From assembly GCA_010356995.1 (NCBI GenBank), contig ML996692.1:1065933-1129932 (forward strand): DNA of 64,000 nucleotides, written 5' to 3'. The stretch's first letter is position 1; each line of letters starts with the position of its first letter. Below, in pieces: positions 28,454-40,973 of this stretch. Position numbers and translations under genes: made by a program. The notes below the pieces were generated by a model that saw only the letters and a list, made by a program, of their open reading frames with translations, was not told the origin of the DNA and searched no databases. This stretch comes from Trichodelitschia bisporula (lineage: Eukaryota).

Positions 28454-29595
28454 ATGCACATCCCATCTCTCCTCCTCACTCTCGCCCTCACATCCCTCTC
28501 CTCCGCCTCCTCCCACCACCTCCATCACCGCCACGCCCACCCCGCCTACCACAACCTCTCCCCCTCCGCCTCACACCTCCTCCACAAGCGCGCCGACGTC
28601 TTCAACGTCCCAGGCGGCATCTGGCCCACCGTCACCGTCCCCGCAGGCTTCACGCTGGCCGCCGGCGTCGAGCTCACGCCCCTAGCCACCGCTTCCCCAA
28701 CCGACAGCGCCGGGAAACCTTTGTCCCCCTCCGCCGCTCTCGCCGCCGCGGCTCTGCAAACCGGTCTCCCGAATGCCTTCTCCAGCCGCGCCTGGGACGC
28801 CGATGCCTCCTCTGCGTGTAACGCGTCCGCGGGGGCGCTGGGTGGCAAGAGCAGCAATCCGTCCGGCCTGTGCGTGTGCTTCAACGTCGCGTACCTCGAC
28901 GCCCGCGACGGCGCGTTCATGTGCGAGGTGCGCGTGTACCAGGTCGCCGAGCCTACGGGGGAATGGGCCAGTGTGGATGTAGGGGGCATGAGCGTGGGGA
29001 TCAGTTTCCCAGGTGCGAATCTAAGCTATACCGGGGGCGGGAGCCCGAGCTCCGAGTGCCAGAAGCCGGCGACGGGGGATGGCGGCGGGGCGATGGCGCC
29101 TTGTTTGCTGGCGACGCAGCAGTATGTTGCGCGGGTGAATGCGAGTGGGACGGGGATGAATGTGTAAGTACCTTCCTGGGGAGACGGGGACCGGGCTAAC
29201 TGGCAAGCACGTCCTTCCGCCCGTATCTCGACCCCGTGATTACGATTAATGGCAATTCGCCAACCGGCCCCCTCAGCACCGCGGTCAACACCACCGAGGC
29301 CTCCTTCGTCACCGGCGTTTTCTCCCGCGCCAGCAGCACCAACGACACCTCGCCCAAGGCACTCCTCGGCAAACCCGCAGCCCAGCTGGCAGCTCAAGCG
29401 GCTGGCCTCCCGACGCCCTTCGTTGTGCCCGGCGTGTCGCTGGGGGTGTTCCCCACTGGACTGATTATAACGGGTGCGTGGGTTCTCATCTTTGCCACGG
29501 CGGTGGGGGGCGGGACGGTGCAGCGCGTGCGCTGGCGCGAGCAGTACCGCCGGCAGGTCAGGGCGAGGGGCGTGGAGGGTGTGAGGCGGTTCTAG
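28454..29595 (+). CDS. Secreted/single-pass membrane hypothetical protein
   Basis: Signal peptide MHIPSLLLTLALTSLSSA, His-rich propeptide and KR site, Cys-containing core, C-terminal TM helix (FPTGLIITGAWVLIFA) and basic tail; intron 29164-29207 joins the two ORFs in frame. Confidence 0.8.
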
Positions 29596-30212
29596 GCTGG
29601 GTGTGGACTATAGGTGGATTGGGGGTTTGGTGGGTGTACACTCATGTGCCGTTCTTTATACCCGGCTTTTTTATGGAGGGGCCATCCTGGTGGGGGGGGG
29701 GGGGGGGGGGGGTGAAGCCATGTTAAGATAGAATATATGAGATGAGTGCTTAGACGGCTTGAGTGTGGGGTTGGTGAAGTGCTTTTTGTACGGTCGTGTC
29801 CTGGCGAGAAGATGGTAGTCAGGGGGTCAATCCGGAATGGATACTGATCCTACAGCGATGCATTCGAACAAGTGGCGTTGTACCGCTTTCACAACGGGAG
29901 GCATCAGATCTAGGACTGCATAATCACGACCCCACAGCAGATGCGACCGTTTGGTACACCATAGCTCATCTATGTGCGTAGTCAGCCTATGATACAAAGC
30001 GCCACAGTTGCGGCGAAAATGCAGCCCACAGAGACATGCCAACGCCGCTGTCCCGGTAGAGTGGAGGGTCCATTTCAACAGGACTGTACATTCCCCGGCA
30101 TCAGTTCCTCGTAGCTCCCCCGCAAATGCAACAGGATGACCATCCTCTATACAGCCGTGACCCCGCATTTTCCAAAACCCCATCGTAGCAAGTCCGTTTT
30201 TGCCGTTGTGCC

Positions 30213-31418
30213 TCAGGTGATAATCTCTCCACAGTCGATCACGTTGGGCTTCCACTTCCTTCCCGGATCACCCTCTTCCACCTCGCTCGGCCGCACTGCC
30301 TCGAGTGGGCTGTACAAGTACCAGGCTTTGAGAGCGGCGGCCGAGGCCCGCACCTTGGCTTCGTCGACACTGCTGCCCACGCCCTGGCCCAGCTGGTCTC
30401 GTCCCGAGTACACGCCGACGACAAAGACAGGATGCACGCTCGCCCGGCCCGTTTCACTAATGAGGCGCGCGACCGGGGACTCAAAGCCCTCCCTTGCACA
30501 GAGTCTCGACAAGTCGCGAGTCGGATAGCGGAAGTCGAACAAGCTAGCCAGGTTGAGCGTGCGGGTAAGGAAGTGGTTCTCGAAGAACTGTTTCGTGACC
30601 TTGCGGCCCGTATGTAGCTGCAGGACGCCAATGAGCGCGCGGATGAAGTTTTTGCTCGCATCTTCCTGGGTAGTGGAAGGAGGTTCGTTGGGATCGGTAG
30701 CCCTGGCGCGCTGGAGCTGGCCGAACTCGTCGTCGTATACGACGCGAGAGCTTATGCCTCGCCGCCACGGCATGGCTTCGTTCGGCCGGCCCGTGCCAGC
30801 TATAGAGTGCTCGTCCTCGCGAAACCCGGGCTTCACGCGGCGGAACTGGAGCAGGCCGGGATCGACCTCGCCGCCGGGCTCGGCCGCGGCTTCGACGCCC
30901 CACTCGCGGGCAATTGTGGCGAGAGCCTTAGGCCCGACATAGGCTGCCTGGGCGGCAAATAGGACGTCCATTGGTAACCGAGGGTAGTTGCAGATGAGGT
31001 ACTCTGCGGTGTAGTAGCCTAGCAGATCCCGGCCCAAGATCGAGAGCGACTCATTGTTGAATCTTGAGTCTGGGTCCGCTGTCGGATCGACCAGTGTGCG
31101 AGCGAGAGTTTGTAGGGGGACTTGAGCCGGGAGGGAGAGGCGAGCGTGGAGGGCGGCGAGTTTGGCGGATGTGCTCGCTGCAGAGACTGGAGGTGAGGGT
31201 AGCTCTTCTAGCAGGCGTGCCCGATGTGATGAGGGAGGCTGAGCGGCATTTTCGGAGTCGGCTGCAATTGAGGACGAGGAGAGGGATGCTGAGACTTGAG
31301 TGGAGTTCGGTCGGCGGTTATTGAAGGCGGTCGAGACGGGTTGCAGGAAGAGACATCGCGTGCGTGGCCGCGAGGTCAAGACTTGTGCCCCCCATCTTTC
31401 CACTCGTAACCGCTTCAT
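30213..31418 (-). CDS. MRPL3: Mitochondrial large ribosomal subunit protein mL44 (RNase III-like plus dsRBD)
   Basis: MKRLRVERW presequence, SAKLAALHARLSLP, YPRLP, PTRDLSRLCAREGFESPVARLISETGR...FVVGVYSG...AAALKAWYLYSP. Confidence 0.9.
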   Translation of the reverse strand: MKRLRVERWGAQVLTSRPRTRCLFLQPVSTAFNNRRPNSTQVSASLSSSSIAADSENAAQPPSSHRARLLEELPSPPVSAASTSAKLAALHARLSLPAQVPLQTLARTLVDPTADPDSRFNNESLSILGRDLLGYYTAEYLICNYPRLPMDVLFAAQAAYVGPKALATIAREWGVEAAAEPGGEVDPGLLQFRRVKPGFREDEHSIAGTGRPNEAMPWRRGISSRVVYDDEFGQLQRARATDPNEPPSTTQEDASKNFIRALIGVLQLHTGRKVTKQFFENHFLTRTLNLASLFDFRYPTRDLSRLCAREGFESPVARLISETGRASVHPVFVVGVYSGRDQLGQGVGSSVDEAKVRASAAALKAWYLYSPLEAVRPSEVEEGDPGRKWKPNVIDCGEIIT

Positions 31419-31841
31419 AGGTGGCGGAGGATTCGAAGCGGCCTCTTCTTTTTCGGGCAACGCAGGTTCGAGCTTAGGGGACAATTGCGACTGGGTGTAG
31501 GCGAATGAGCGCAGATTCGTGGTGGTGGTGGTTTGAGAAAATAATGTTGCAGGGATATCACGTGACCGACACCTAGGTAAACTACAGTCTCCGCCGCGCT
31601 GTCGTCGGAGACGTCAGTTCGTCAAGCCACTTCAATTGCTCGCCCCGCGAAGCTGTGAAGCACCACGTCAGTAGGTATGGGACTGCCGTCCTTGCACTTT
31701 CTAACTGAGCTTGTGTGTGCTCCGGTGCTGACCTATATAGACAGCGGCTTCTGGTCTACTCAGCGCGCACATCGACTCCAGCTTGCGCCCAAGCTCGACA
31801 ACTCGCTCTAGCGAAGATCCACCTCGCTTGCTACCGCAAAC

Positions 31842-32197
31842 ATGGGCGGCGGTGACAAGATCCCGTACAGAAAACCTCGCCCCTCGGACCCCATCGTCTC
31901 CGGCTAATCGTTACAGGTACCCGAAGCACATCTGGTCTCCGGCTGGTGGTTGGTACTCCCAACCATCCAACTGGAAGGCCAACACTGCTGTCATGGGCGG
32001 GGTTTTGATCTGCATGGCGGCGGCGACGTGGTCGTTGAGCGCCAACCGTGAGTTCAGGCACAAGATGCCCGACAGGGATCGCTTCTTCCCCAGCAGACAG
32101 TGAGCTACAATGCGACGGCTATCGAGTGGAAGCTGACCAAGGCATTAGCTGGAGCAAGCAAATAATCGAGCATGAGAAGAAGGAGGATAGATCATGA
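31842..32197 (+). CDS. Small single-TM protein, probable complex I accessory subunit (NUUM/NDUFC1-like family)
   Basis: Introns 31865-31916 and 32100-32148 give MGGGDKIPYPKHIWSPAGGWYSQPSNWKANTA...FFPSRHWSKQIIEHE. The gene itself is clear; the complex I assignment is from recollection. Confidence 0.75.
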
Positions 32198-32320
32198 GCG
32201 TCAGGGCTAGCAAGCGGCTAGGTTGGGCAATTTGTGCAGCCTAACGGCATAGAGCATATCGCTTGCGCCACAGGGAACTCGCCTGCAGTGTACATAGTTC
32301 AGAATCTGAAAAGGCTACAT

Positions 32321-33428
32321 TCACAGCTGCCGCTTGAAACTCTCAATCCGGTCTTGGACTCGCTCTCCGTTCCAGCGCTCTTCATCTTTGTGCTCTGTTA
32401 GAACTGGCATCCCAACATTCTCAATCGCAAAGCTTGCAGCGATGGAGCCCCATACAGCAGCTTCTTCGATATCATGACCTCGCGCCAGAGCCACGCCAAG
32501 CCCGCCGAGGAACGCGTTCCCTCCGCCTGTCGGGTCGACAACCTTGCCATTGCCGTGCTGGTGGACCGCCGGTAGCCATTCCTGCTGCTTTGCAGTTGCC
32601 ACATAGCAGCCCTCTTTACCGGCCCTCACTACTATGGCTCCTGATCCATCTGGCCCAATACCAGCCTTGATCCAGTCTGCGGCGCATTCCTCCACAGCTG
32701 TGCGGTTGACCTTGTCTTCAATGTTCCCAGGTACACCGAAGAAGGATGTCAGCTCTGCGTGGTTGGGGCTCACGACATGTACCAATTTCAAAACCTTCCG
32801 GCATTCATCTAACTCACTAGGGAGGCAGAAAGTAGGCGTAGGCTCCCATACGAATATGGGCGTAGGCAAGCTCTTGTCCGCTAGTTCCTCTCTCCGACGT
32901 GTAAGGATGCCTTCCACCATGATGATGAGCCGAGCGGGGTGGCAGATTAGGTGGTGGGTTTTGGATGCGAGAAGGTGAGGCGTGAGGTCTGTATGCCAGA
33001 GACGGATCCTGTCCGTTAAGAACTTGAACTCTTGTCCCATTTTAGAGAGCGTCCACAATGCACCGATCGGCGTGCTGACCTCGGTGTTCGTTCTCTCCGT
33101 AGCCATTCCATCCTCTTACGGTGGGCATGTCGGGCTGCTCGCGCATCAAGCAGCTCGTTTGCCACTGGTCAATGGCCTTCCGAAGCTCTGGAGGAAAGTC
33201 GTATCCACAGTCCACGATCCATCCGACCGATTTTGAGAGGGGGGGAGGGGAAAAGATACGGGCACCAAGGGCTGCAAATGACGCTGCACCTCCGAAGATG
33301 TCCTTCACTGGGGGTGTCGGCGGTAAGAAATGTACCTCATCTCAAGAAATCAGAGCCGAACACCTTTGCGCATGTGCTATCTCACCGATAACGAACATGC
33401 CCAATGTACAAAAGTCAATTTGGTCCAT
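32321..33428 (-). CDS. PfkB/ribokinase-family protein, MAK32-like, 2 introns
   Basis: MDQIDFCTLGMFVIDEV...GGAASFAALGAR; FVWEP; VVSPNHAE; VVDPTGGGNAFLGG PfkB signature. Confidence 0.88.
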
Positions 33429-33847
33429 GATGCCCAGATCTTCAGCCACTTTATCGCAACGACCTTTCTGATGGCTGGTATCAGACACTGGTTAACAAAT
33501 CGCCAAAAAATGGGGTTTGCTTTAGCCCAGTGGTGGTTGAGATGTTTGTCTTACGAGTCGATCGGTCCCGGCGAATGATCGGAGCTTTAACACCCATCAC
33601 CAGCCTCAAGACTTCAATGTATGACTAAGCCAAGGTTGTTTGGGTAGCCTGGGGAGACAGACATCTGACACCTTGTTCGCATCTCTGCACTCTCTGGCAC
33701 AATTCTTTATCCCTCGCGACACGGCCTTCTAATCCGATTAGTATCCATCGCATTAGATACCGTCGGCCCTTTCTTCCCCCGCGGCCCCCCTTGCATCATC
33801 CCGCAGCTACCGGCAGCTCCCTTGCGTGGAGCTCCTAGTGAAGCATA

Positions 33848-35711
33848 ATGGCTACGAGTAACATGCACAACCTCACAACTCTGATAAAAAGGTATGACTC
33901 TCCTTTGATAGCCGCATTTTAAACATGGAAGCCTTGATTTCCTCGGCCCAGCTCCTATCCCCGGGCGACAATCCGCTGACGCACTTAATCCGCAGGCTCG
34001 AAGCCGCGACGTCGCGCCTGGAAGACATTGCTTCCTCCGCCTCGAGCTTCGACCCGGCCACCGGCGCGAATAGCACACCCGGTCCTGCGGCCTCGCCTGC
34101 CCCCTCTACTCCCGGAATAGCTGTTACCGCTGCGGCGCCCCCGAAGCCGGCTGAGAATCTCCCCCCTTCGATCGAGGACTTCGATGTCTTAATGCGTGGG
34201 GATCTCAAGACCTATGTGGACCACAGCGAGGCGATTGGTGGACTGGTTGCTGAGCAGGTATGCGGATGCCGGACAGTCCAAGGGCGCACTGATAATGGTT
34301 GTGAATTAGGCCAAATGTGTTGTCAAGTGCTTTGAAGCTTTGCGCCGCTTCCTGCTCATCACCACCAAGTCCAAGAACCCGGGCATGAGCTCGAACATCT
34401 ATATGGACACCCTGAAAGGCCTGCAACAAGGAATCATCTCTGTGGATAAGATTCGCGACCAGAACAAGCAATCTCCCGTCAAGGACCACTTGATGCTCGT
34501 CGCTGAATCCGTCGATGCCCTTGCATGGGTCACGATCGATCACAAGCCTGCGGAGTACTTTGCGGAGCTTTTCGGCGGTGCTCAAATGTTTGGTAACAAG
34601 ATCTTGAAAGGGAACAAGGATGGGTATGCTTCCGGCTGCGGATTGGGGGGAAACACTGACAAGATCGTAGGGATGCGGCACAACTCGAGTGGACGAAGTC
34701 GTTCTACAAACTTATGCGCTCCATGACGTCCTACATTAAGCAGCACCATCCTCAGGGTGTCCAGTGGAACACAGATGGCAAAGACGCCGCCGAAGTGCTC
34801 CGCGAACTCGACATCAAAGCTGCGCCGACACCACCTCCTGCACCTCCTGCACCTCCTGCGCAAGCCGGGGGCCCTCCGCCGCCGCCACCCCCTCCGCCAG
34901 GTGGCCTTGCTAACCTTGGTGGGCCGCCGCCTCCTCCCCTTCCCCCTTCAAAGGGTCCAGCTCCCGATATCAGCGCCGTATTCAACGAATTGAACAAGGG
35001 CGAGGCGATCACGTCTGGCCTGAAGAAAGTCGATCCCTCCATGCAGACGCATAAGAACCCGTCACTGCGTACCACCGAGCCGGTTCCTGCCCGTAAGGAT
35101 AGCCAGGGTTCAATTGGGCGGAACAAGTCACCAGCGCCGCCTGGGAAGAAGCCGAAGCCTGAGACCTTGCGTACCAAGAAGCCGCCCAAGAAGGAGCTGG
35201 ATGGAAGCAAGTGGATAATCGTGAGAAAGAACCCGTTTCCTTTCCGCGCAGGTGCTGATGTATGCTTCAGGAAAACTTCGAGAATCCATCAGAGATCATC
35301 GAAATTGATGTCGAGAGGAACCACTCCATTCTGATCTCTAAGTGCAAGGGCGCCACTCTCAGGGTCAAGGGCAAAGCAAACGCTATCAGCATTGATAACT
35401 CACCAAAGTTCTCGGTTGTCCTCGACGCTCTGGTCAGCAGCGTGGATGTCATTAAGTGCTCTAACTTCGCTCTGCAGGTTCTTGAGACGGTTCCGACTGT
35501 CTTGCTGGACCAGTGTGATGGCGTTACGCTCTATCTGAGCAAGGACAGCTTGAACACTGAGATCTTCACCAGCAAGTGCTCGGCTGTCAACGTGAACCTG
35601 CCTCCAGATACCGAGGATGGTGACTACACCGAATCGCCTGTTCCGGAGCAGTTCAAGAGCTATGTCCGGGATGGACAACTTGTGACTGAGATTGTCGAGC
35701 ATGCAGGATAG
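33848..35711 (+). CDS. SRV2: Adenylyl cyclase-associated protein (CAP/Srv2)
   Basis: MATSNMHNLTTLIKRLEAATSRLED (RLE repeats), polyproline tract, WH2-like ITSGLKKVD..MQTHKNP, CARP beta-sheet domain ending IVEHAG. Confidence 0.95.
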
Positions 35712-35926
35712 GCGGCTGTGTTTTCTTGCCATAGATGGAAAAGCGTTCGCGCGTGGTGCTCTTGAGCGGATATACTGTACATATTCTCCCCAGAGAATAC
35801 ATTAGCGTGTGGTTCGACGTGTAAGTCGGTTGTATCGTATCCCAGTGTGACGCCTTTGGGCATGTCATTGCGCCGGACTAAGGAACATAGCCACATATAT
35901 CGTACAAGCCTTCCAAACCCCACCCC

Positions 35927-36749
35927 TTAGCACTGCTTCCATGACAGATTGAGTACTTGCTTGAACTTTGCGTCCAGGCTATCCACCGTTATCACACCTT
36001 TAGCCGCCTTCGCCGCCGTAGTGCTAGCGCCGGCCCCCTTCGGTGCACCCTTTGCATTCCCATTGCCACCTCCTCCAGCCCCTCCTCTTCCAGTTCCCTG
36101 CACGGTCAAATGGACGGCAGTATGGATGGTAAGATCGCTCTCCTTGGCCGTCGTGCACGGCATCCAAACCGCTCGGTCGCGCTCGCCCTCCTGATGCTTC
36201 AAGTAATCCGAGTTCAGCGGGCCCTGCACACGCTTGCGGATTTTCGTCTACGCCATCAGCCCTCCGCCCTTCCCTCTCGACACAGATACATACCTTCTCC
36301 TGCTGCTGCGCCGTAAAGTAATAACTCGCCACCAACGCACCCCTCACGCCCCTATCAAGATCATAATGCCCCCTCCAATCCGCCTTCTCGACCTGGAACG
36401 TCCAGCCCGTCGGGACAGCCATCTTCAGGGAAACAGTGCAGAAGCGGCGGCTCTTCTGCACCGGGATATTGGGCCCAATTTCCGCGACGAAGTCGTCGAA
36501 GATGAGCGTTAGCAGCGTGCGGTTCGAGTTGAAGGCTGTGCCCACGCTGTCGCTGCGGCATCCCGTGCCGCCGAGACTGATGTCGTCGTCGTCGAGCCCG
36601 TCGGAGAGGGACTGGGCGCTGAATTCGGCGGGCGGTTTGGAGCCGTGTGCTCTGGTGCTGTGGACGGTTACGTCTTTTGCTGGGGGGAGGCGTTGCTGGG
36701 CGAGTGTAAGCGGAAGCAGGAGCAACGGGAGGAGTGTAGTGAGCAGCAT
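35927..36749 (-). CDS. Secreted DUF4360-like protein
   Basis: Signal peptide MLLTTLLPLLLLPLTLA; GGTGC...LTLIFDDFVAEIGP...RRFC...PTGWTF...ADWRG; intron 36248-36293; second exon VWMPC...DSLDAKFKQVLNLSWKQC. Confidence 0.85.
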
Positions 36750-37529
36750 CGTGAGATGATGAGGCTGAACTGCTGGAGCGATGGGATGGTGATGTGCGCT
36801 GCCACCGCCTGAGGTGCCCGCCGGGCATACTAAGTACGACCCACACACTCAAGGCTTTTATATAGTAGGTCAGAGCACCGCCATCGTATGCCATATTTGC
36901 GCATCCCAGCCAAGACTCGCGGTCTGAGCGCGCAATATACCTCCAGGGCTGGGGCGCGATCGCTGAGATCTGGACCCTCTACCCGGCGCGGGAGGTACTA
37001 ACGGGCACAAGCCTTTGGGCAAGATTAGCAGCTTTAGAGTGCATCCCGATTCCGGGGGTACATTGACGGCTCTCTGATGGCGGGGGAGGTTGGCAGTTCT
37101 CTAACATATGAAACGTTGGCTGGCGGCTGGGACCTAACCAAACCCGAGAGATTATAAACCCCATGCCGAGGGACGATCCATCACCAGAGCTGCTCGAAAC
37201 CGGCATGTAAAGCCTGAATATATGGCCGCGATATTGCTGCTCATCCTTCGCGCGTCCCTGGTACCACAACCAGAGGTCATTACCGCCCCGCGAGGCAAGG
37301 CGTCAGCCTTCCACGAGCCGAGACCCCGCCACAGCGCTCAACTCCCTGACGAAATAACATGCTCGGCACGGTTATGCGTTTCTGACCAAAGCAAATAACG
37401 CATTCAACGTGATTTGTACCGATGCATGTTCTACCCTAAAACAGAACAGCCTCATAATGACATATTCCGCTATCAATCACAGCACGAGCTCAAGACCCTT
37501 CCCCAAGATCCAGGGTATCAACCCACCCA

Positions 37530-39107
37530 TTAATAGTCAAACCGATCCGGCATGACCGCCGGCGCAACCAAACTCCACGAATAGATAGCATAGCATGCCC
37601 ACGCGCTCACGATCTTGACCCACGACGCCCAATACGTACGGCCAACAGGCACAAACTTCTCGTCCGCCGCGGGGTTCACATTCGTTGTCAGCAGCGTCGC
37701 GACCCACGCCGTCGACAGCAGGAAAATAATGTGGAATAGCGAGTAGTTGTACTGCGTTGAATGGCGCTCATCGTCGCCCTTCTTATTCGCCACCTCGCTG
37801 TCGTCGTCACTATCCTCATCAAGCGCGCTGGCAGGCAGAGATCCACTCTCCACGGCCGCGCGTAGAGCCGCCTGGCGCAGCTCGCGCCGGCTGCCGGGCT
37901 GCTGCGTCACGAGGCCGTGTTCGTAGTCATCGCCCGCGACGGGGCTGTACGAATTGCCCTTGGAGCCGAGTGCAAGGCCATAGGTTGCAGCCCGCGTTGT
38001 CGTCCACGCCATAGTCAGGAAGGTAACGACGGCGCCAAGGATGATGGATGCGGTACGTGTGCCACGGGCGCGGACGAGCGGGTTACAGTGCTTGTCATCG
38101 GGTTCCATACCGACGGCGGACATGGTGAGGTAGGTGCAGTAGACGGCGACCATGGCGGACTGGCAGATGCCGGCGCGAGGGTTGTAGTTCTGAATCGTGG
38201 GGTGGATGGAGAGAACGGTGATGGAAATGCAAAGCAGGAGATTGATCTAAGGAGTCAGCAAGATTCTGACGACATCAGATGGACCTTACCGTGATCGCTG
38301 CCTGGTTCATCGAACAGCCGCTGCCAGCGAAAAAGACGTACATGATGACAGTCATAACGATGGCGCCAATGTACATGGAGAGAGTGGATCCAACGAGCAT
38401 GGCGCGCCAGGCCCGCGACTCAGTAGCATCGATGCGCTCAAGGCAGTGCTCAGCCCAGGTATGCGCAAGATCCACGAGGAGAATCAGGCCGAGCAGGAGG
38501 AATAGCATGGCGCCGACCAAGGCCACATAATTACCCCATGCGATAAAGAAGGTATCCGGAATGACATAGGTGAGCGCCGTGAGGCCGACCCAGGCGATTA
38601 TTTTCGGCCCCCAAAACCCGTTTTGTATAGCCGCGCGTCCGTCTCTTGACGATTGCACTCCGAGGAGCATCACAGCGAGCGAGAAGTGGAACAAGCCAAG
38701 TGCAAAGTTCTGACGGTGTACCGCGACGAATCCATAGCACTCCTTGCCGATACATCGCAGATTTACTTGTCCGAGGGTGATGTCTTGCAGCTTCTTGACG
38801 GCCCAGTCTGTGAGCATGAGCCATGAGATGATGGAGTTGACGAGGAGAAGGAGGGCATAGGCGATGCGGGTGGCAATACTAGCAAGGCGTCAGCGCGATA
38901 ACAGACAACTCATTCAGCTGGAATACCTGCTGTTACACTTCCCACAGGCACTACAGATGGCGGAACAAGTCGCCGCTCCGCAGCATGAAGCGGCAAAGCC
39001 CAAGACCTAGGCGACACTGTCAGTCGCATCTCGCGGGAGGACGTAAGGGTACGTACTGTGCCTGCGCTGGGCACAGCGAGGAAGGGGATAGACAGCAGAG
39101 CACCCAT
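37530..39107 (-). CDS. TMS1: Serinc/TMS1 membrane protein, 3 introns
   Basis: MGALLSIP, SCCGAATCS, RAAIQNGFWGPK, LVDLAHTWAE, YNYSLFH, WVKIVSAW, APAVMPDRF are Serinc motifs. Confidence 0.93.
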
Positions 39108-39768
39108 GGCTAGGACGCAATAGACAGCTGCTGGTGGATGGGTTGTGGTGGATTGCGGTCGGTGTTGATGTTGGTGATGATGTGGAGCCGCCGTGACGTC
39201 CCGCTACTGGAGTGATTCACGTGCCACTTGGGGGGATGAAACTATAAGCACCGCCACACATTCACGATTAAATCCGCTTTTATCTTTCGAAGCCATCATG
39301 GCCATCAACTGTCTACGGATTTCCGGCAGCGCTGGGACTCCGGCGAACATTATGCCCTCGGTCATTTGTACCGAAAGTGTAGAGGCATTCATGTGTTAAG
39401 AATATCCTGCCCCGAAGGCTTCGGGGGACTGGATCCCACAATCGTGCAAAGCACGCAGAGACAGCTTAAGACGAATTCTTCACATCTAGTCTATCTGAGT
39501 CTTGCAGGGACCATTAAACGTACAGTATCTGGTTGATGTATGAGTGAAAAGGTCAAATTTCAACTGCCGACGTCATCATACCGTCCTTCCCAACGATGAA
39601 TGTACGGATGTACTACGTAAACGATCCCTGTCCGCGCTTCTGCACGATCCACATGCAAACGCCAACGCGTCTGTCTCTCCTGCACCACCAGACATCGCGT
39701 AGCGCACCACAACCATCTCCTTCCCGCAGTTAACCTCCCATCTCTCTTACCCCCTCTGCACACACACC

Positions 39769-40236
39769 ATGACAGACCGCCTTACCCAACTACAAAACTG
39801 CCTCGATGACTTCCTCACCCAAATGTACGCCTCTCTGCGCTACATCGACACACACCACGCCTACGCACCGATTCCGGGCCAAAGCGATCAAAATCCCTTC
39901 GCCTCCAGCGCGCCAAACACTCAAGGCACGCAATCCACCGCGCCATCAATGCAGAACCCCGCCACGCCCGCTCAACCCGCCCCCGACCCACCCGCTCTCT
40001 TCGAGGCGCGCCTCCAGGAACTCGCGCAAGATCTTGTGCTCAAGGAACAGCAGATAGAAGCACTGGTTGAGGCACTTCCCGGTGTCGGGTGCAGTCAGGC
40101 TGAGCAGGAGGCACGGCTACGTGCTCTGGAGGAGGAACTCAAAGCAGTGGATGTGGAGTGGAAAGAAGCGAAGCGGGAGAGGGAGCGGCTAGTCGAAAAG
40201 GTCGAAGGCGTTATTCTGGGGGTTCGGCGCATTTAG
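39769..40236 (+). CDS. MED21: Mediator subunit Med21/Srb7
   Basis: MTDRLTQLQNCLD and ELAQDLVLKEQQIEALVEALPG...EQEARLRALEEE motifs. Confidence 0.93.
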   Translation: MTDRLTQLQNCLDDFLTQMYASLRYIDTHHAYAPIPGQSDQNPFASSAPNTQGTQSTAPSMQNPATPAQPAPDPPALFEARLQELAQDLVLKEQQIEALVEALPGVGCSQAEQEARLRALEEELKAVDVEWKEAKRERERLVEKVEGVILGVRRI

Positions 40237-40973
40237 ATGGATGGTCTGGGATATTCTCTTGTGATATCTTGCGATATTCGGGATGGCGGGCGGCGTCGAG
40301 GTTCATGGTCAAGGGGAGTACATACCGTATCGTGTTGAGTGGCACAGCAGCGATGAAGCACCAAAGCGCCAAATCGTACTCGTAGCTGTCACGGAATGAC
40401 GGCATTTCACGCATGCAGGACCCAAGCACATGCCAAAGAATGGCTCACCAAGCGTTCTTCCGTACCTTACTGTACTACGCCTCTCAGTCTCGACTCTTCG
40501 TACCAGTAGACTCTTCGTACCAGTACGGTAGGCTTGACTCTCGCTTCGCATAAACTCGCGACATTTCTCTCGACTCGTCAATCGAGACTGTGGCGAATAG
40601 CCTTGCTGCCTATGTCCCCTCATTGGCTAGTGTGCCGCCACAGTACTCGCAAGCACCGCCTTCCGCACCCCCCCAGCCCACCCGACCCCTCACTGCCTTG
40701 CCTCGCCTTGATCCCCATGATCTCTCTCCCCACCCGTCCCGTCTCTCATCCCCGTGTGAGCTCTTCTTTGGGCTCTCTATCCCTCGCCACCCGTCCAACC
40801 ATCATCCAATAAAGGCCAGCTGTATTCTTGCTGCCTACACCTTTTCAGTTCATTTCCTTATGCTCGCTGCACTGCTGTTCTGCTAACCCTCGACATCCCG
40901 CTGAATCCGAAGCTCTCATCCCCCATCTGACGGGGGTCGAATAGCTTCAGCCTGCTAGGGTAACTCCAGCATC

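Noticed and set aside
31558..31565. CACGTG E-boxes in divergent promoters (also 39218, 62392)
   Set aside because: The hexamer also occurs repeatedly in non-promoter positions; enrichment cannot be shown.
31671..31740. Tandem donor-like GTAGGTATGG as a possible stwintron
   Set aside because: The internal intron would be too short and lacks a proper acceptor; at most an ordinary 5' UTR intron.
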